Source: an uncultured Methanosarcinaceae archaeon (lineage in GTDB: Archaea; Halobacteriota; Methanosarcinia; Methanosarcinales; Methanosarcinaceae). Taken from it: a stretch of 64,000 nt of DNA. Both the position numbers and the translations under genes were made by a program. The notes under the pieces are model-generated. The model did no database searches and was not told the DNA's origin. It saw nothing but the letters and a program-made list of their open reading frames with translations. Below are positions 11,712 to 22,039 of this stretch, piece by piece (within the stretch, counting starts at the first letter, position 1; every line of letters starts with the position of its first letter). The stretch spans positions 128,001-192,000 of the forward strand of contig CAWJYV010000010.1 in the NCBI GenBank assembly GCA_963847185.1, read 5' to 3'.

Positions 11712-12275
11712 TCAGTCTCCTTTTTTGCTTGGTAACCAGCTCGATTTACTGTCCGTGGGAACCACCTCTCCTATGGCTGTCAGGCATTCCCCCTCCTCAT
11801 TACTATTCTTAGCTATGTGAGAACGCACCTTCATGAAGTAAGCCAGAGCTGCAATTGGTAAGGCATACCCTACTCCATAAACAGCCAGGTTTACCTCTTG
11901 CGGTTCGAAGATCACGCTCAAGAAATTAACTCCCAGCACAACAACCGTGAGCCCGACAAGGTTTAACTCCAGTTCCTCAATGTCATTTATTTTCAGCCAT
12001 CCCGGTAAAGGGAGCGGCTGGATAAATAACTGGTAGAGCCCGAAAGAGGTGAGGAAAAGTACTGTGCCGACTAAGAAAAGATGGACAGTTTCCACAATTT
12101 CAACAATGATATTAGCCTCTGTCTCTGTCTCTGACACTCCTATAATCAGTTTTCCCATGAAGTGAACAATGTCAATGCCGCCTTTAATAAACAGAGCACA
12201 AGCAGCAATCGCCAGCCCTATTACCGGAATCAGTACGAAGAACCGAATTCCCGCAATAAATCTTACAACTTTCAT
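11712..12275 (-). CDS. YqhA/UPF0114 family membrane protein
   Basis: Four hydrophobic segments; FLVGTVLFLTSFGLYQLFI, WLKINDIEELE. Confidence 0.8.
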   Translation of the reverse strand: MKVVRFIAGIRFFVLIPVIGLAIAACALFIKGGIDIVHFMGKLIIGVSETETEANIIVEIVETVHLFLVGTVLFLTSFGLYQLFIQPLPLPGWLKINDIEELELNLVGLTVVVLGVNFLSVIFEPQEVNLAVYGVGYALPIAALAYFMKVRSHIAKNSNEEGECLTAIGEVVPTDSKSSWLPSKKGD

Positions 12276-12440
12276 TGGCAGACTCCTTTTTGCTTTGTCT
12301 TTCTGTTTCTACTCATTGCAAGCCTGTGTTGCACAAGGACATCTTGTAAGCCGATAAAATCCCTGTGATTAACGTCTTCTACGTCGATGTTAGAAGACAA
12401 GGGTATCCGAATAATATTGTGCTTACGGTAACTCCCACGC

Positions 12441-13931
12441 TCATGTGCTTCCAATTCCCTGCAAAAGCTTGTCCATTACCTGATCGACAGTAAAGCTAGC
12501 CGCTTTTTGACGTGGAGGATACTCTTTAAATGTTTCCAAAAAATCTCCCACAACACTCTGGGCAGGTACTAATAAGAAGGCGTGATTAAGCAACCAGTCG
12601 TAGTAAGTATTTGAGGTCTGATCCGCCCTCTCATAAGGATCTGTACGCAGATTGAATATTTTTGGTACTCGCAGCGGGACAAAAGGTTCAGCCCAGACCT
12701 GTAGTGTACCGATAGCACGCTGTTCCATAAAGACCATTTTCCAGTTGTCGTACCTGAGAGCTACCAGGTCTCCATCGTCGGAGAAGTAAAAGAACTCGAT
12801 ACGCGGGGATTTCTTCTCCTTTCCGATAAGATAGGGAAGCAAGTTATAGCCGTCAAGGTGCACCTTAAAATTTTTGTCTCCTGCTTCGTAGCCTTTTTTG
12901 GCTTTTTCCTTGATATCCGGCTCTCCGGCTGCTGCAAGTAAAGTTGGCAGCCAATCAAGGTGGCTTACTATCTCATTAGAAACCATGCCTGACGGAATCT
13001 TGCCAGGCCAGCGTACTACCTCAGGAACACGGAAAGCACCTTCCCAGCAAGAGTTTTTCTCATTGCGGAACGGGGTCATGGCTGCATCTGGCCAGGTATT
13101 CATATGGGGTCCGTTGTCAGTGCTGTAGAGAACGATAGTGTCTTCTGCAATGCCAAGTTCGTCCAGCAAATTCAAAAGTACCCCCACCTGCCGATCATGT
13201 TCGATCATGCCGTCATGGTATTCTGACTGCCAGCGCCCAGACTGTCCCCTTATCCTCTCCGGAATATGGACTCTAAAGTGCATCCAGGTAGTATTGAACC
13301 AGACAAAGAACGGCTTTCCAGCTTCATGCTGCCGCTTGATGAAATCTATGGTTGATCCCAAAAACTCCAGATCTACGGTTTCCATGCGTTTTCTGGTCAG
13401 CGGGCCGGTGTCTTCGATGCGGCCGTCGGCGTAGCTGTGGATTACTCCCCTGGGGCCATAGTTCTTTCGGAAATCTGGAAAATCCTTCTCAGGTGGATAG
13501 TCGGGATTTTCCGGTTCTTCTTCGGCATTGAGGTGATAGAGATTGCCGTAGAATTCGTCAAATCCGTGATTTGTGGGCAGGTATTCGTCCCTGTCTCCGA
13601 AATGATTCTTCCCAAACTGGCCTGTGGCATAGCCCAGTGATTTAAGCAGTTCGGCGATTGTCGGGTCCTCTGGCTGAATTCCTATTTTGGCCCCCGGCAT
13701 TCCTACCTTGCTTAATCCTGTACGGAAAACACTCTGTCCTGTAATGAACGCTGCCCTGCCGGCAGTACAGCTCTGCTCCCCATAAGAGTCCGTAAATCTG
13801 ATACCTTCGTTAGCTATCCGGTCAATGTTGGGAGTTCTGTATCCCATCAACCCGTCGCTGTAGCAACTGAGGTTGCTAATGCCAATGTCATCTCCCCAGA
13901 TAACCAGTATATTTGGTTTCTTTTCTATCAC
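12441..13931 (-). CDS. Arylsulfatase (Cys-type, formylglycine-dependent)
   Basis: KPNILVIWGDD, sulfatase motif SCTAGRAAFITG, GKNH, STDNG. Confidence 0.93.
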   Translation of the reverse strand: MIEKKPNILVIWGDDIGISNLSCYSDGLMGYRTPNIDRIANEGIRFTDSYGEQSCTAGRAAFITGQSVFRTGLSKVGMPGAKIGIQPEDPTIAELLKSLGYATGQFGKNHFGDRDEYLPTNHGFDEFYGNLYHLNAEEEPENPDYPPEKDFPDFRKNYGPRGVIHSYADGRIEDTGPLTRKRMETVDLEFLGSTIDFIKRQHEAGKPFFVWFNTTWMHFRVHIPERIRGQSGRWQSEYHDGMIEHDRQVGVLLNLLDELGIAEDTIVLYSTDNGPHMNTWPDAAMTPFRNEKNSCWEGAFRVPEVVRWPGKIPSGMVSNEIVSHLDWLPTLLAAAGEPDIKEKAKKGYEAGDKNFKVHLDGYNLLPYLIGKEKKSPRIEFFYFSDDGDLVALRYDNWKMVFMEQRAIGTLQVWAEPFVPLRVPKIFNLRTDPYERADQTSNTYYDWLLNHAFLLVPAQSVVGDFLETFKEYPPRQKAASFTVDQVMDKLLQGIGST

Positions 13932-14062
13932 TTTTAGCCCCCTTTGATATTGGTTGATATCTCGAATATTGTCAGGATATCAGTCAGTAATTCTAAGCAT
14001 CTTTGCGATGCTGATAGAGCAAAATATGGATTCTTTCTCCTCTGCTCCCCTCTTTATTTCTT

Positions 14063-15421
14063 TCAAAATCGCACAACAGTTCCGGACTGCAACTGAGCTC
14101 TATTATTTATCTGCTTCTGGCCCTTCTTTTCAGGTTCTTTTTTACTGCCGTGACAGCGTTTGAACTTGAGTCCGCTACCACAGGGACATGGATTATTGTG
14201 TCCGGCCCTGCCAAATGTGTCTTCAAGGGCCAGGACTCGCATTACCTCTGATGCCGGGTAGCCCCTGTGTATCAGGCCTGCCATAATCTCCATAGGAAAG
14301 TTAATATGTCGGAAGAAAGCTTTCCAGCCCTTACAGAGGTAGTTCAGACCGGGTTCCCCTGCAGAAGTTGTCATAAAGCGGTTTTTTGGACATTCTCCCC
14401 TACAGGCAAAAAGAACATCGCATTCGCGGCATACCTGGGGCAGGGCATCTCTTTTATCCTGCCCGAACCTGTACTGCTTTTTCAAAGCGGCAAGTTCCCC
14501 TATCCCTTTCTCCATGATATTGCCCAGCAGGTAGTCCGGCTCTACAAAATGGTCGCATGAATAGAGATCCCCGTTGTGCTCCAGAGCAAGCCCCATACCG
14601 CATGTTTCCTCGAAAACACACATGCCTGAGGGCATCCCAAGCCATCTGCGTGCAGAAGCTTCAAAGGTCTGTACGAAGACCCTGCCTACATCATTTCTCA
14701 CCCACTCGTCGAAAACCTGGTTCAGGAAATTTCCAAGCTGTTCAGGCAGTACTGAACGATCTGAAACCCTGTCCCCTTTCTGGTAAAGGGTATATCCTTC
14801 CTCATCTATTCGCTCTACAACCGGAATAAACTGAATCCAGTCTGTTCCTGTTTCATCCCGCAGGAAGCGATAGACTTCCAGCGGATAGTCAGCATTGACC
14901 CGGTTGACTGTAGTCAGGACATTATACTCCACGCCGTGTTTTTGCAGCAGGCGAAGTCCTCGCATTACCCGCTCGAAAGTCCCCTCCCCTTTTTTGTCCA
15001 CCCGGTAGGCATCGTGCAGTTCACGTGGGCCGTCGATGCTTATCCCGACGAGAAAGTTGTTTTTCTTAAGGAACCGGCACCATTTTTCGTCCAGCAGCGT
15101 GCCATTGGTTTGCATTGTGTTCTCAAATGTCATGCCCGGTTTTCTGTACTTTTCCTGCAGTTCTATAGCACGCCTGTAAAAGTCAATGCCCATAAGAGTG
15201 GGCTCACCCCCCTGCCAGGCAACTGTTACCTGCAGGCTGCGGTGGGCTGCAATAAGTTGACAGATGAAGTTTTCCAGTACTTCGTCTGACATACGGAACC
15301 TGCTTCCGGAATAGAGCAGTTCTTTGTTGAGAAAAAAACAGTAGGAACAGGCCAGGTTGCATATCGCTCCGGTAGGTTTTGCCAGCACGTGGATTCTGGC
15401 TGGCAGATGGTTTTGTGTCAT
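14063..15421 (-). CDS. Anaerobic sulfatase maturase (radical SAM/SPASM) with C-terminal SEC-C motif
   Basis: KPTGAICNLACSYC, WQGGEP, GDLYSCDHFV, CRGECPK, NNPCPCGSGLKFKRCHG. Confidence 0.93.
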   Translation of the reverse strand: MTQNHLPARIHVLAKPTGAICNLACSYCFFLNKELLYSGSRFRMSDEVLENFICQLIAAHRSLQVTVAWQGGEPTLMGIDFYRRAIELQEKYRKPGMTFENTMQTNGTLLDEKWCRFLKKNNFLVGISIDGPRELHDAYRVDKKGEGTFERVMRGLRLLQKHGVEYNVLTTVNRVNADYPLEVYRFLRDETGTDWIQFIPVVERIDEEGYTLYQKGDRVSDRSVLPEQLGNFLNQVFDEWVRNDVGRVFVQTFEASARRWLGMPSGMCVFEETCGMGLALEHNGDLYSCDHFVEPDYLLGNIMEKGIGELAALKKQYRFGQDKRDALPQVCRECDVLFACRGECPKNRFMTTSAGEPGLNYLCKGWKAFFRHINFPMEIMAGLIHRGYPASEVMRVLALEDTFGRAGHNNPCPCGSGLKFKRCHGSKKEPEKKGQKQINNRAQLQSGTVVRF

Positions 15422-15528
15422 TCAGTATTTTCTCCCTGCATTGGAATGACCTGATTCCTTGATCAGTTTGCCTCTCACATTCACGGTCACACTATAGATT
15501 TTCCTGTGAACCAAAAGGAGGCTGGTAG

Positions 15529-15855
15529 TCAGGTGTTAACGGTGCTCCATAAGCTGAGTCGCATGTGCTTCCACTGGTTAGCCCGAGCAGGAGTGAAATA
15601 CAGCGCGGTAGTATGCATGTTGTTGTAAGCGAGCCTCCCGCGCCAGACTATCAGGTTAAATGTCTGCATAGGGCTGCCATAGCATCCAAGTTGTCCAAAT
15701 CCCATATCGTCCGGCACAATGAACAGTATATTGGGAGCACCCTTCTTAACACATAGCGTCCCCGGCCAGGCTAGTTCAGACTGATCCACCGTATGCCCGA
15801 TTAAGCCAGGAAAGTGGCTCTTGGTTTGTATTCTTTCGATGACATTTATGTCCAT
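15529..15855 (-). pseudogene. 5' remnant of a second arylsulfatase
   Basis: FPGLIGHTVDQSELAWP...GAPNILFIVPDDMGFGQLGCYGS...NNMHTTAL, then decays before the catalytic CxPxR. Confidence 0.8.
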
Positions 15856-16014
15856 TTTGAAATTTCATGATGAATGTATCAAAGTAAAAATGGGTAAAGG
15901 AACTGATTCTTCGCTCCTTTCCCTGCATTTATTTATATTCAGAAACAGTCGTTCTTATCTTACAGCCGATTTCCGGAAAATTTGTTTCCTTAAAGGTGGT
16001 TTTTCGGTCAAGGG

Positions 16015-16521
16015 TCAGTATGCAGGCGCTGTTTCTTCTTCGGCAAATGCAGCACGTAGTTTGTCTTCTTCTTCCTTGGACAGGTTGGAGGCAATGAGTT
16101 CAAACTTCATTCCCCTTGCAGCTTCTGCAACCTTATCCTTTACGGCAGCACTGGTCATCAAGAAGAGGGCTGATGTGCCTTCTGTCACTTTGCTGCGGAC
16201 AGATCTTATGAAATCGTCACTAATCCCCACATCTGCCATAGAACCACTCATTGCTCCCAATGATGCTCCAACGACCAGCCCAAATATTGGAATAAAGAAT
16301 ATCAGGCCAAATAGCATACCCCAAAAGGCCCCACTAAGTGCACCTACTCCGGTCATACTGGATAATTGTTTAGTTTTTGGCTTCTTTTTTCCTTCGGGCC
16401 AGCTGACTATGGCTGCATCATGCAGGGTAATCAGTTGTCTCTTATTCAGATCTTCAATCACATGAAGTGCCTTTTCAGCACCATCAGCAGTTTCGAACTT
16501 CAGGACTGTTAAAGTTGCCAT
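16015..16521 (-). CDS. DUF1269-family membrane protein
   Basis: LITLHDAAIV, GALSGAFWGMLFGLIFFIP, DVGISDDF, GTSALF, SNLSKEEEDKL. Confidence 0.85.
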   Translation of the reverse strand: MATLTVLKFETADGAEKALHVIEDLNKRQLITLHDAAIVSWPEGKKKPKTKQLSSMTGVGALSGAFWGMLFGLIFFIPIFGLVVGASLGAMSGSMADVGISDDFIRSVRSKVTEGTSALFLMTSAAVKDKVAEAARGMKFELIASNLSKEEEDKLRAAFAEEETAPAY

Positions 16522-17645
16522 TACTCGAATCTCCTTTTCTGTTTTCAGATTTGTTTCTCGTTTATCATGACAGCTCTCAGATCAAGAAGGAATGTCGTAA
16601 CTATCGTTTTTAATCTTTAACCGGAAAGCGTGTGAATCAGGAAGAGTCGAAATAAGTCATCTCATTAGCTTCTGAAATGTGTCTTTTGTCCACCAGAATT
16701 CTGTAGCTATTTTGCAACTGGAAATTCTGGGGAAGCAGATCTCAGGTCCGCATATTTTTTTCAACGGGTAGCCGAAGATAATTTTTTTGTGACCGAAAAT
16801 CAGGCATATTTAATTTTTCGCCCCTCAGAGCACAATTCACTATACTCGGAAATTCGGGCATAGTCAGTATAATCCGGGAAGGAAAGTGATACTTTATAAT
16901 CTTCTTCTCCCATCACTCACTCAAGCTGCTAATGAAAATCTGTCAGGTGTCAGGATGAAATGGCGAAAATCAACATCTCAGGCCTTTACCCGACCAGTTT
17001 TGATATTATTGACCCCCCATCTTTTAATGAACCGCGCATTTTATCTAGAGTTAGCAGTCCAATAATTACTATTGTATATTTAGATTTTTATGTATATTAT
17101 ACTATACTTATCTCACAGTTTCATCAGGTTCACTATTCTATGAGCTTCAGGGCCTTTGGAGTGCAGTAATCTATCCTTAAACAGATATCTAAAAACCCAA
17201 ATTATTTTCTCAGTAGAATACTTGGCAATGTTAACTTTAAATTAAAATGGATATTTTCCCTAAATCCGGGCACAAATCGGTTTTAGAGTGAAATATTTTA
17301 TTCCACTTGCCCGACTAAAATTTCAGGCCTTCACAATTTTTACTGCTATCTATTTTCAATTTAACGTAATTTATTGGACTTTTATGCAGGAGGTGAAAGC
17401 AACTATATGGTGTATTTAAAGGGAAAATAATTATAGAATTAATAAGAAAAAGAAGTCAGAAATACAGATAAAAGAATAGTTATGTACAGTCTATCTCAGC
17501 ATACTTTACCTTACAGCAGAGTTTTTTACAGAGTAAAATTAGCTATTTGAGTAAACTAATGATTTATATAACTTAAGATTATGCCCGAATTCTGAAACTG
17601 AATGTTTAAATGGCTAATTTTCGAAAACGATTTGTTTTGCAGTTT

Positions 17646-17840
17646 TTAATAGATTTCCTTAACCCTTCCAACCTGCCCATCCGTTAATTGAACCTTTATC
17701 CCATGCGGATGGGTTGAGGAATTGGTTAATATTCTCTTCACAACGCCTTGAGTGATTTTTCCGGTTCTCTGATCTTGTTTTAAGACAATTCCTACGTTTA
17801 ACCCTTCTTTGATGTTTGATCTTACATTGCCGTTATTCAT
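17646..17840 (-). CDS. YwbE family protein (DUF2196)
   Basis: VLKQDQRTGKITQGVVKRILTNSSTHPHGIKVQLTDGQVGRV. Confidence 0.88.
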   Translation of the reverse strand: MNNGNVRSNIKEGLNVGIVLKQDQRTGKITQGVVKRILTNSSTHPHGIKVQLTDGQVGRVKEIY

Positions 17841-18069
17841 GGCAGAAGGTAAATTTTGGATTATATAAACATGTGCTTTTGAAAAAAATTAAATTTTGAA
17901 TTTGATGAATATACAGCCGTACTCGGTATCTGGGACCTTCTTGTCCCGCTTGCGAAGCTGACCGGCTTTTCCTATTAGCAGAATATGGAGAGAAAAAGCA
18001 GGTATAAAAAATATATGAGGAGTATTCGATTCTTTCTTCCCAATCAGAGAAATGATTAGACAAAAAAAT

Positions 18070-18811
18070 GGCATTGGTATCTAAATACTGATATATATAT
18101 TATGAGAACTTATATCTCTTGATGAACTGCCCAAGATGTAAGAGTCTCGATCACATAAAGAATGGTAAAGTTAATGGCCGTCAACGCTACAAATGCTCTG
18201 ATTGTGGATATAATTATTCAGTAGAGCTAAAATCAACTGCTAGCTCCCCCTCTGTTAAGAGACAGGCTTTACAACTCTATCTTGAAGGATTAGGATTTCG
18301 GTCAATAGGGCGTTTTTTGGGAGTAAGTCATGTTTCTATCCAAAAATGGATAAAGAAATTTGGTCAGGAGTTAGAAGAACTAAAAAGCGAAAATGAGATC
18401 TCTATTGTTGAAATGGATGAGATGTACACTTACATCGGTAACAAAAAAAATATTGCTGGATCTGGATTGCTGTTGATAGAGTTGGGAAAAAGTTCATCAA
18501 CTGCTCTTTTGGCAGCAGAGGGACAGAAACTGGACAAAATCTCTGGGAAAAGTTAAAGGAAAAAGAGATTGAAAAAGTGATGACTGATCACTGGAGGGCA
18601 TATGCAGAGTTCGTTCCAGATAAAATTCATACTCAATCAAAAGCAGAAACGTATACTGTTGAAGGATATAACAGCATATTTAGACACTTTCTGGCAAGAT
18701 TGAGAAGAAAGACAAAGTGTTATACTAAGAGTCTTGAAATGCTAAAGTACTCAGTTCTTCTCTTAATGAAATACAGAAATAATGAGTTAACTATATTTAG
18801 TTAACAATACC
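18070..18811 (+). mobile_element. IS1-family insertion sequence, complete (742 bp)
   Basis: Imperfect 18-bp IRs GGCATTGGTATCTAAATA / rc GGTATTGTTAACTAAATA; 8-bp target duplication AAAAAAAT at 18062-18069 and 18812-18819. Confidence 0.92.
18122..18804 (+). CDS. IS1 transposase (InsA-InsB joined by a -1 frameshift)
   Basis: Zn ribbon CPRC...CSDC and HTH; A8 run at 18443-18450 shifts into KKYCWIWIAVDR...TDHW...VEGYNS. Confidence 0.88.
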
Positions 18812-19214
18812 AAAAAAATTACTCTACAGATATCAATTTTAATATTTTCGACGGGTACCTTTCCCTGTATTTTATATTGAACCTCTTTTTGTTATCATTA
18901 CAGGAAAAAACTGGCCTCTATGTAGTCGGTGAGAGTTTTGGTACCCAAATCAAAGCCAAAATATCTTTGAAGTCTGAAAATCTAGTTCAAAAACGCCAAA
19001 AAGAACAAAAACAAGCTTGAAAACAAGTTAGAATGAGATAAATGAACTATAGAAATATAAACTCGATAATGAAACACGAAAAAATTAAAAGCAGAAAGAA
19101 TCAAATTTAACACTTCAAAACTGATTTTTAGAGTTACAATTTTAAATTTAATTCCTAGAAAATGTCAATAACCATTTTCCTCCTGCCTGCGAGCTCTTAA
19201 ATCTAGTTTTTTCC

Positions 19215-19553
19215 TCACGAACCTTTGCATTCATCTATGAATTTTGTTATTTCCCGATCTGCGGTTTGACAGGTGATGAAAAAAGGTTTTCCCGTAATTG
19301 TGAGAGTAAGACTGGACTTCCCATCCCAATCGAAATTCCCGGTAATACCTTTTCCCGAAAGTTCTCCTTTGTTTCCAGGCGGAACATCGATGCCGTAGTC
19401 CTGAAGCTTTGTCTTCATGCATTCAAAAGTATCTGATGTGATACCGGAAACCGTTACAGGTTCACAGGCATTCCTAGAAATCTGTGCCTGAGCAAATCCA
19501 GGAGAAAAAACTAAGCAGGTCAATAGCAGAGAAAAAATCACTTTTATATTCAT
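19215..19553 (-). CDS. Secreted small protein with 4 conserved Cys in the mature part
   Basis: Signal peptide ending AQA; RBS GGGGAG; paralog of 19643-19981. Confidence 0.8.
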   Translation of the reverse strand: MNIKVIFSLLLTCLVFSPGFAQAQISRNACEPVTVSGITSDTFECMKTKLQDYGIDVPPGNKGELSGKGITGNFDWDGKSSLTLTITGKPFFITCQTADREITKFIDECKGS

Positions 19554-19642
19554 TTTTTACTCCCCATACAAATTTAGCCTTCTTCATGAAAAAAACTTAA
19601 TATTTACCTTTTCTAAACTCTTCAAATTTTTTCTCAATTTTT

Positions 19643-19981
19643 TTACGAACCTTTGCATTCGTCTACGAATAGTATTAGTTTCTCGTCTGCGGTTTCACAG
19701 CTGACCAGAGGTGGTCTTTCCTTGACTTCGATAGTAAGCTCGGATTTACCGTCCCACGCGAATTTTGCAACAATCCCTTTTCCCGAAAGTTTTCCTTCGT
19801 TTCCTTGCGGAACTTCAATGCCATAATTTTGAAGTTTTGTCTTCATGCACTCAAAAGCCTGAGGTGTAACATTAATAAACTTTATAGGTTTACAAATGTC
19901 CTCTCCATTCTGTGCTTGAGCGAGTCCAAGAGAGAGAATCAAGCAGACAGACAGCAGAGAAATTACCAATTTTGTATTCAT
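19643..19981 (-). CDS. Secreted small protein with 4 conserved Cys, tandem paralog
   Basis: Same length (112 aa); shares FECMKTKLQxYG and DECKGS. Confidence 0.8.
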   Translation of the reverse strand: MNTKLVISLLSVCLILSLGLAQAQNGEDICKPIKFINVTPQAFECMKTKLQNYGIEVPQGNEGKLSGKGIVAKFAWDGKSELTIEVKERPPLVSCETADEKLILFVDECKGS

Positions 19982-20267
19982 TCTTCACTTCCCCCCATGT
20001 GCAAATTCGGCCATAGGCAGGCCAAGTTAAACACGCAATTAAATAAAGACAAATTAAAGTAAAAAATTAAATACGTGTTAATTATAATGTAGATTATATA
20101 AATTGCTGGTTATATATAATTAATCTTTGTTAACTATGGGGTTTAGTGTGATTTACTAAATTAATACGAGTTTTAAGAATACAAGCCTGCCTTTACATTA
20201 ATATTCAAATTGTTTACCCTCAATTTTCAATCCCTTATCTGGAATTCCCTGATGAGAGTCAATCAAG

Positions 20268-21689
20268 TTATTTTGTAACAGCTTCCGCATCAGGGATTTT
20301 TTCCATAATTTCTTCTTTTTTTGACCCATCAATATATGGAACAAGTGAAGAAAAAGCCTGAACCTGTCTATATCTGGATTCAATCCCCACCGCCAGCTCA
20401 AGAGCTTTCTCAAGAACTTCTTTTTGCCTGGATCCGTCAAGATGCTGGATTATAAATGAAAGAGCTTCAGGTCTCATATCTTTATCTTTAAGGTTGAAAG
20501 CCAGTTGAAGAGCTTCTTCTATGGCTTCTTCTTTTCTTTGCCCGCTCAGATACGGGATAATTAAAGAAAAAGACTCTATCTTTAAATAATCGGATTGAAT
20601 TCCTGAGATAATCTCAAGAGCTTTGTCCAGAATTTTTTCATTTTTTGAACCGTACACATGAGGGACAAGAGAGGATAGAATCTGAAACTTTGCATCATCA
20701 TATTTAATAAAGAATGTACAGGCAAAGATATTTTCAAGAAGCCTTTCCTTTCCCTTTCCTCTGAGGTGCGGCAAGAGTGAAGAAAGAACTGCAGCTCTTT
20801 CATCTTCATCCTGAATATTGGCGGCAGAATAGAGGGCTTTTTCTATGAGCTCTGTTCTTCCAGGACCATCCAGGTAAGGAATAAGCAGAGAAAGGGCATG
20901 GGACCTTAAATCACCGTATTCAATTCTGGAAGCAAATTCAAGGGCTTTTTCCAGATATTCTTCTTTTTCCGGTCCCTCAAGCTGAGAGATAAGCGAGAGA
21001 GTTGTCTGGAGTTTTTGAGCCTCACCTTGCCCTTTAAATTTCATTTCTGCAATTTTTGCCATTCGAATGCTGCTGGGACTGCCATCAGTTACAATTCCTT
21101 GATTAAGTTGAACGTGCGTGTATTGACTCCGAAGATTTCTAATATTTATACCGTTTTCACTTGCAACTCCCAGATCAGAATTTATCTTATTAGCATTCGG
21201 AATTTCGAACTGCTCTAAATCCTTAGCAACACTTTTTGCCAGAAATCCTTCAAGCAGCTTATTAAATTCCTCAAATATTTTATTTTTATCAGTTGAGTTT
21301 TGTGCTACAAGCCTGACAGAACTCTCTTGTGATAGAATTTTCTGTGTTACCTCATCTTCCATAAAAGACGAAACTCCTATAGCTAAATCAGGATCCTGTT
21401 CAAGCAGTTTCAAAATTTCCTGAACCATAACCTGTTTTACCTCAGGATCATAGGGTGCAACAACCATATTACCTGCGGCTTCTCGTAATTCAGGCGTTTT
21501 TCTTGAATATAACTTTTCCCATAATTTTCTCTTGCGTTTCCATATATCATGCCCTATTTTTTTGACAGCTTCCTCAGCCGCCTTTTTAGATCCGATTACA
21601 AGATAAGGGATTACAGGTTCGATGAAATCTGTCACTTGTTGTGCAAGTTGCTTCATTATTATGTCCTGTTGCTGCATTGTTTCACCCAT
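20268..21689 (-). CDS. Hypothetical protein with C-terminal helical (HEAT-like) repeats of about 38 aa
   Basis: Recurring units like KALEFASRIEYGDLRSHALSLLIPYL / EALQLAFNLKDKDMRPEALSFIIQHL. Confidence 0.8.
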   Translation of the reverse strand: MGETMQQQDIIMKQLAQQVTDFIEPVIPYLVIGSKKAAEEAVKKIGHDIWKRKRKLWEKLYSRKTPELREAAGNMVVAPYDPEVKQVMVQEILKLLEQDPDLAIGVSSFMEDEVTQKILSQESSVRLVAQNSTDKNKIFEEFNKLLEGFLAKSVAKDLEQFEIPNANKINSDLGVASENGINIRNLRSQYTHVQLNQGIVTDGSPSSIRMAKIAEMKFKGQGEAQKLQTTLSLISQLEGPEKEEYLEKALEFASRIEYGDLRSHALSLLIPYLDGPGRTELIEKALYSAANIQDEDERAAVLSSLLPHLRGKGKERLLENIFACTFFIKYDDAKFQILSSLVPHVYGSKNEKILDKALEIISGIQSDYLKIESFSLIIPYLSGQRKEEAIEEALQLAFNLKDKDMRPEALSFIIQHLDGSRQKEVLEKALELAVGIESRYRQVQAFSSLVPYIDGSKKEEIMEKIPDAEAVTK

Positions 21690-22039
21690 CTCCTAACGAG
21701 ATACTTCATATTATACGTCCTTTTTTATTTAGTCCCAGAATACATTGATGAAAGGAATACACACTATCATATCCGAATAGAAAATATATACATCAAAGCA
21801 TATATAAAATTCAGCAGACAATCCTGAATATGGCAGAATCAAAAATTCTGAAAATAATAAAATTTAAATTTGAAACAATATAGTAAAATAATATAGAAAG
21901 AATAACCACAAGAGATGAAATTCATAATTTAAAAGGTAGTCTCGAAAATAAATTTTTCGAAATTATTATCATCTGGACTTACCAATATGCTGTAACACTA
22001 ATAAATATTTTACACATTCGTCAATGTTTTGTACATTCA

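Noticed and set aside
15821-16465. 214-aa ORF on the + strand
   Set aside because: Antisense shadow of the DUF1269 gene; the same holds for most short ORFs overlapping annotated genes.
20077-20104. dif-like arrangement ATAA-TGTAGA-TTATATAAAT
   Set aside because: The outer arms pair poorly and the match lies in an AT-rich promoter region; chance is likely.
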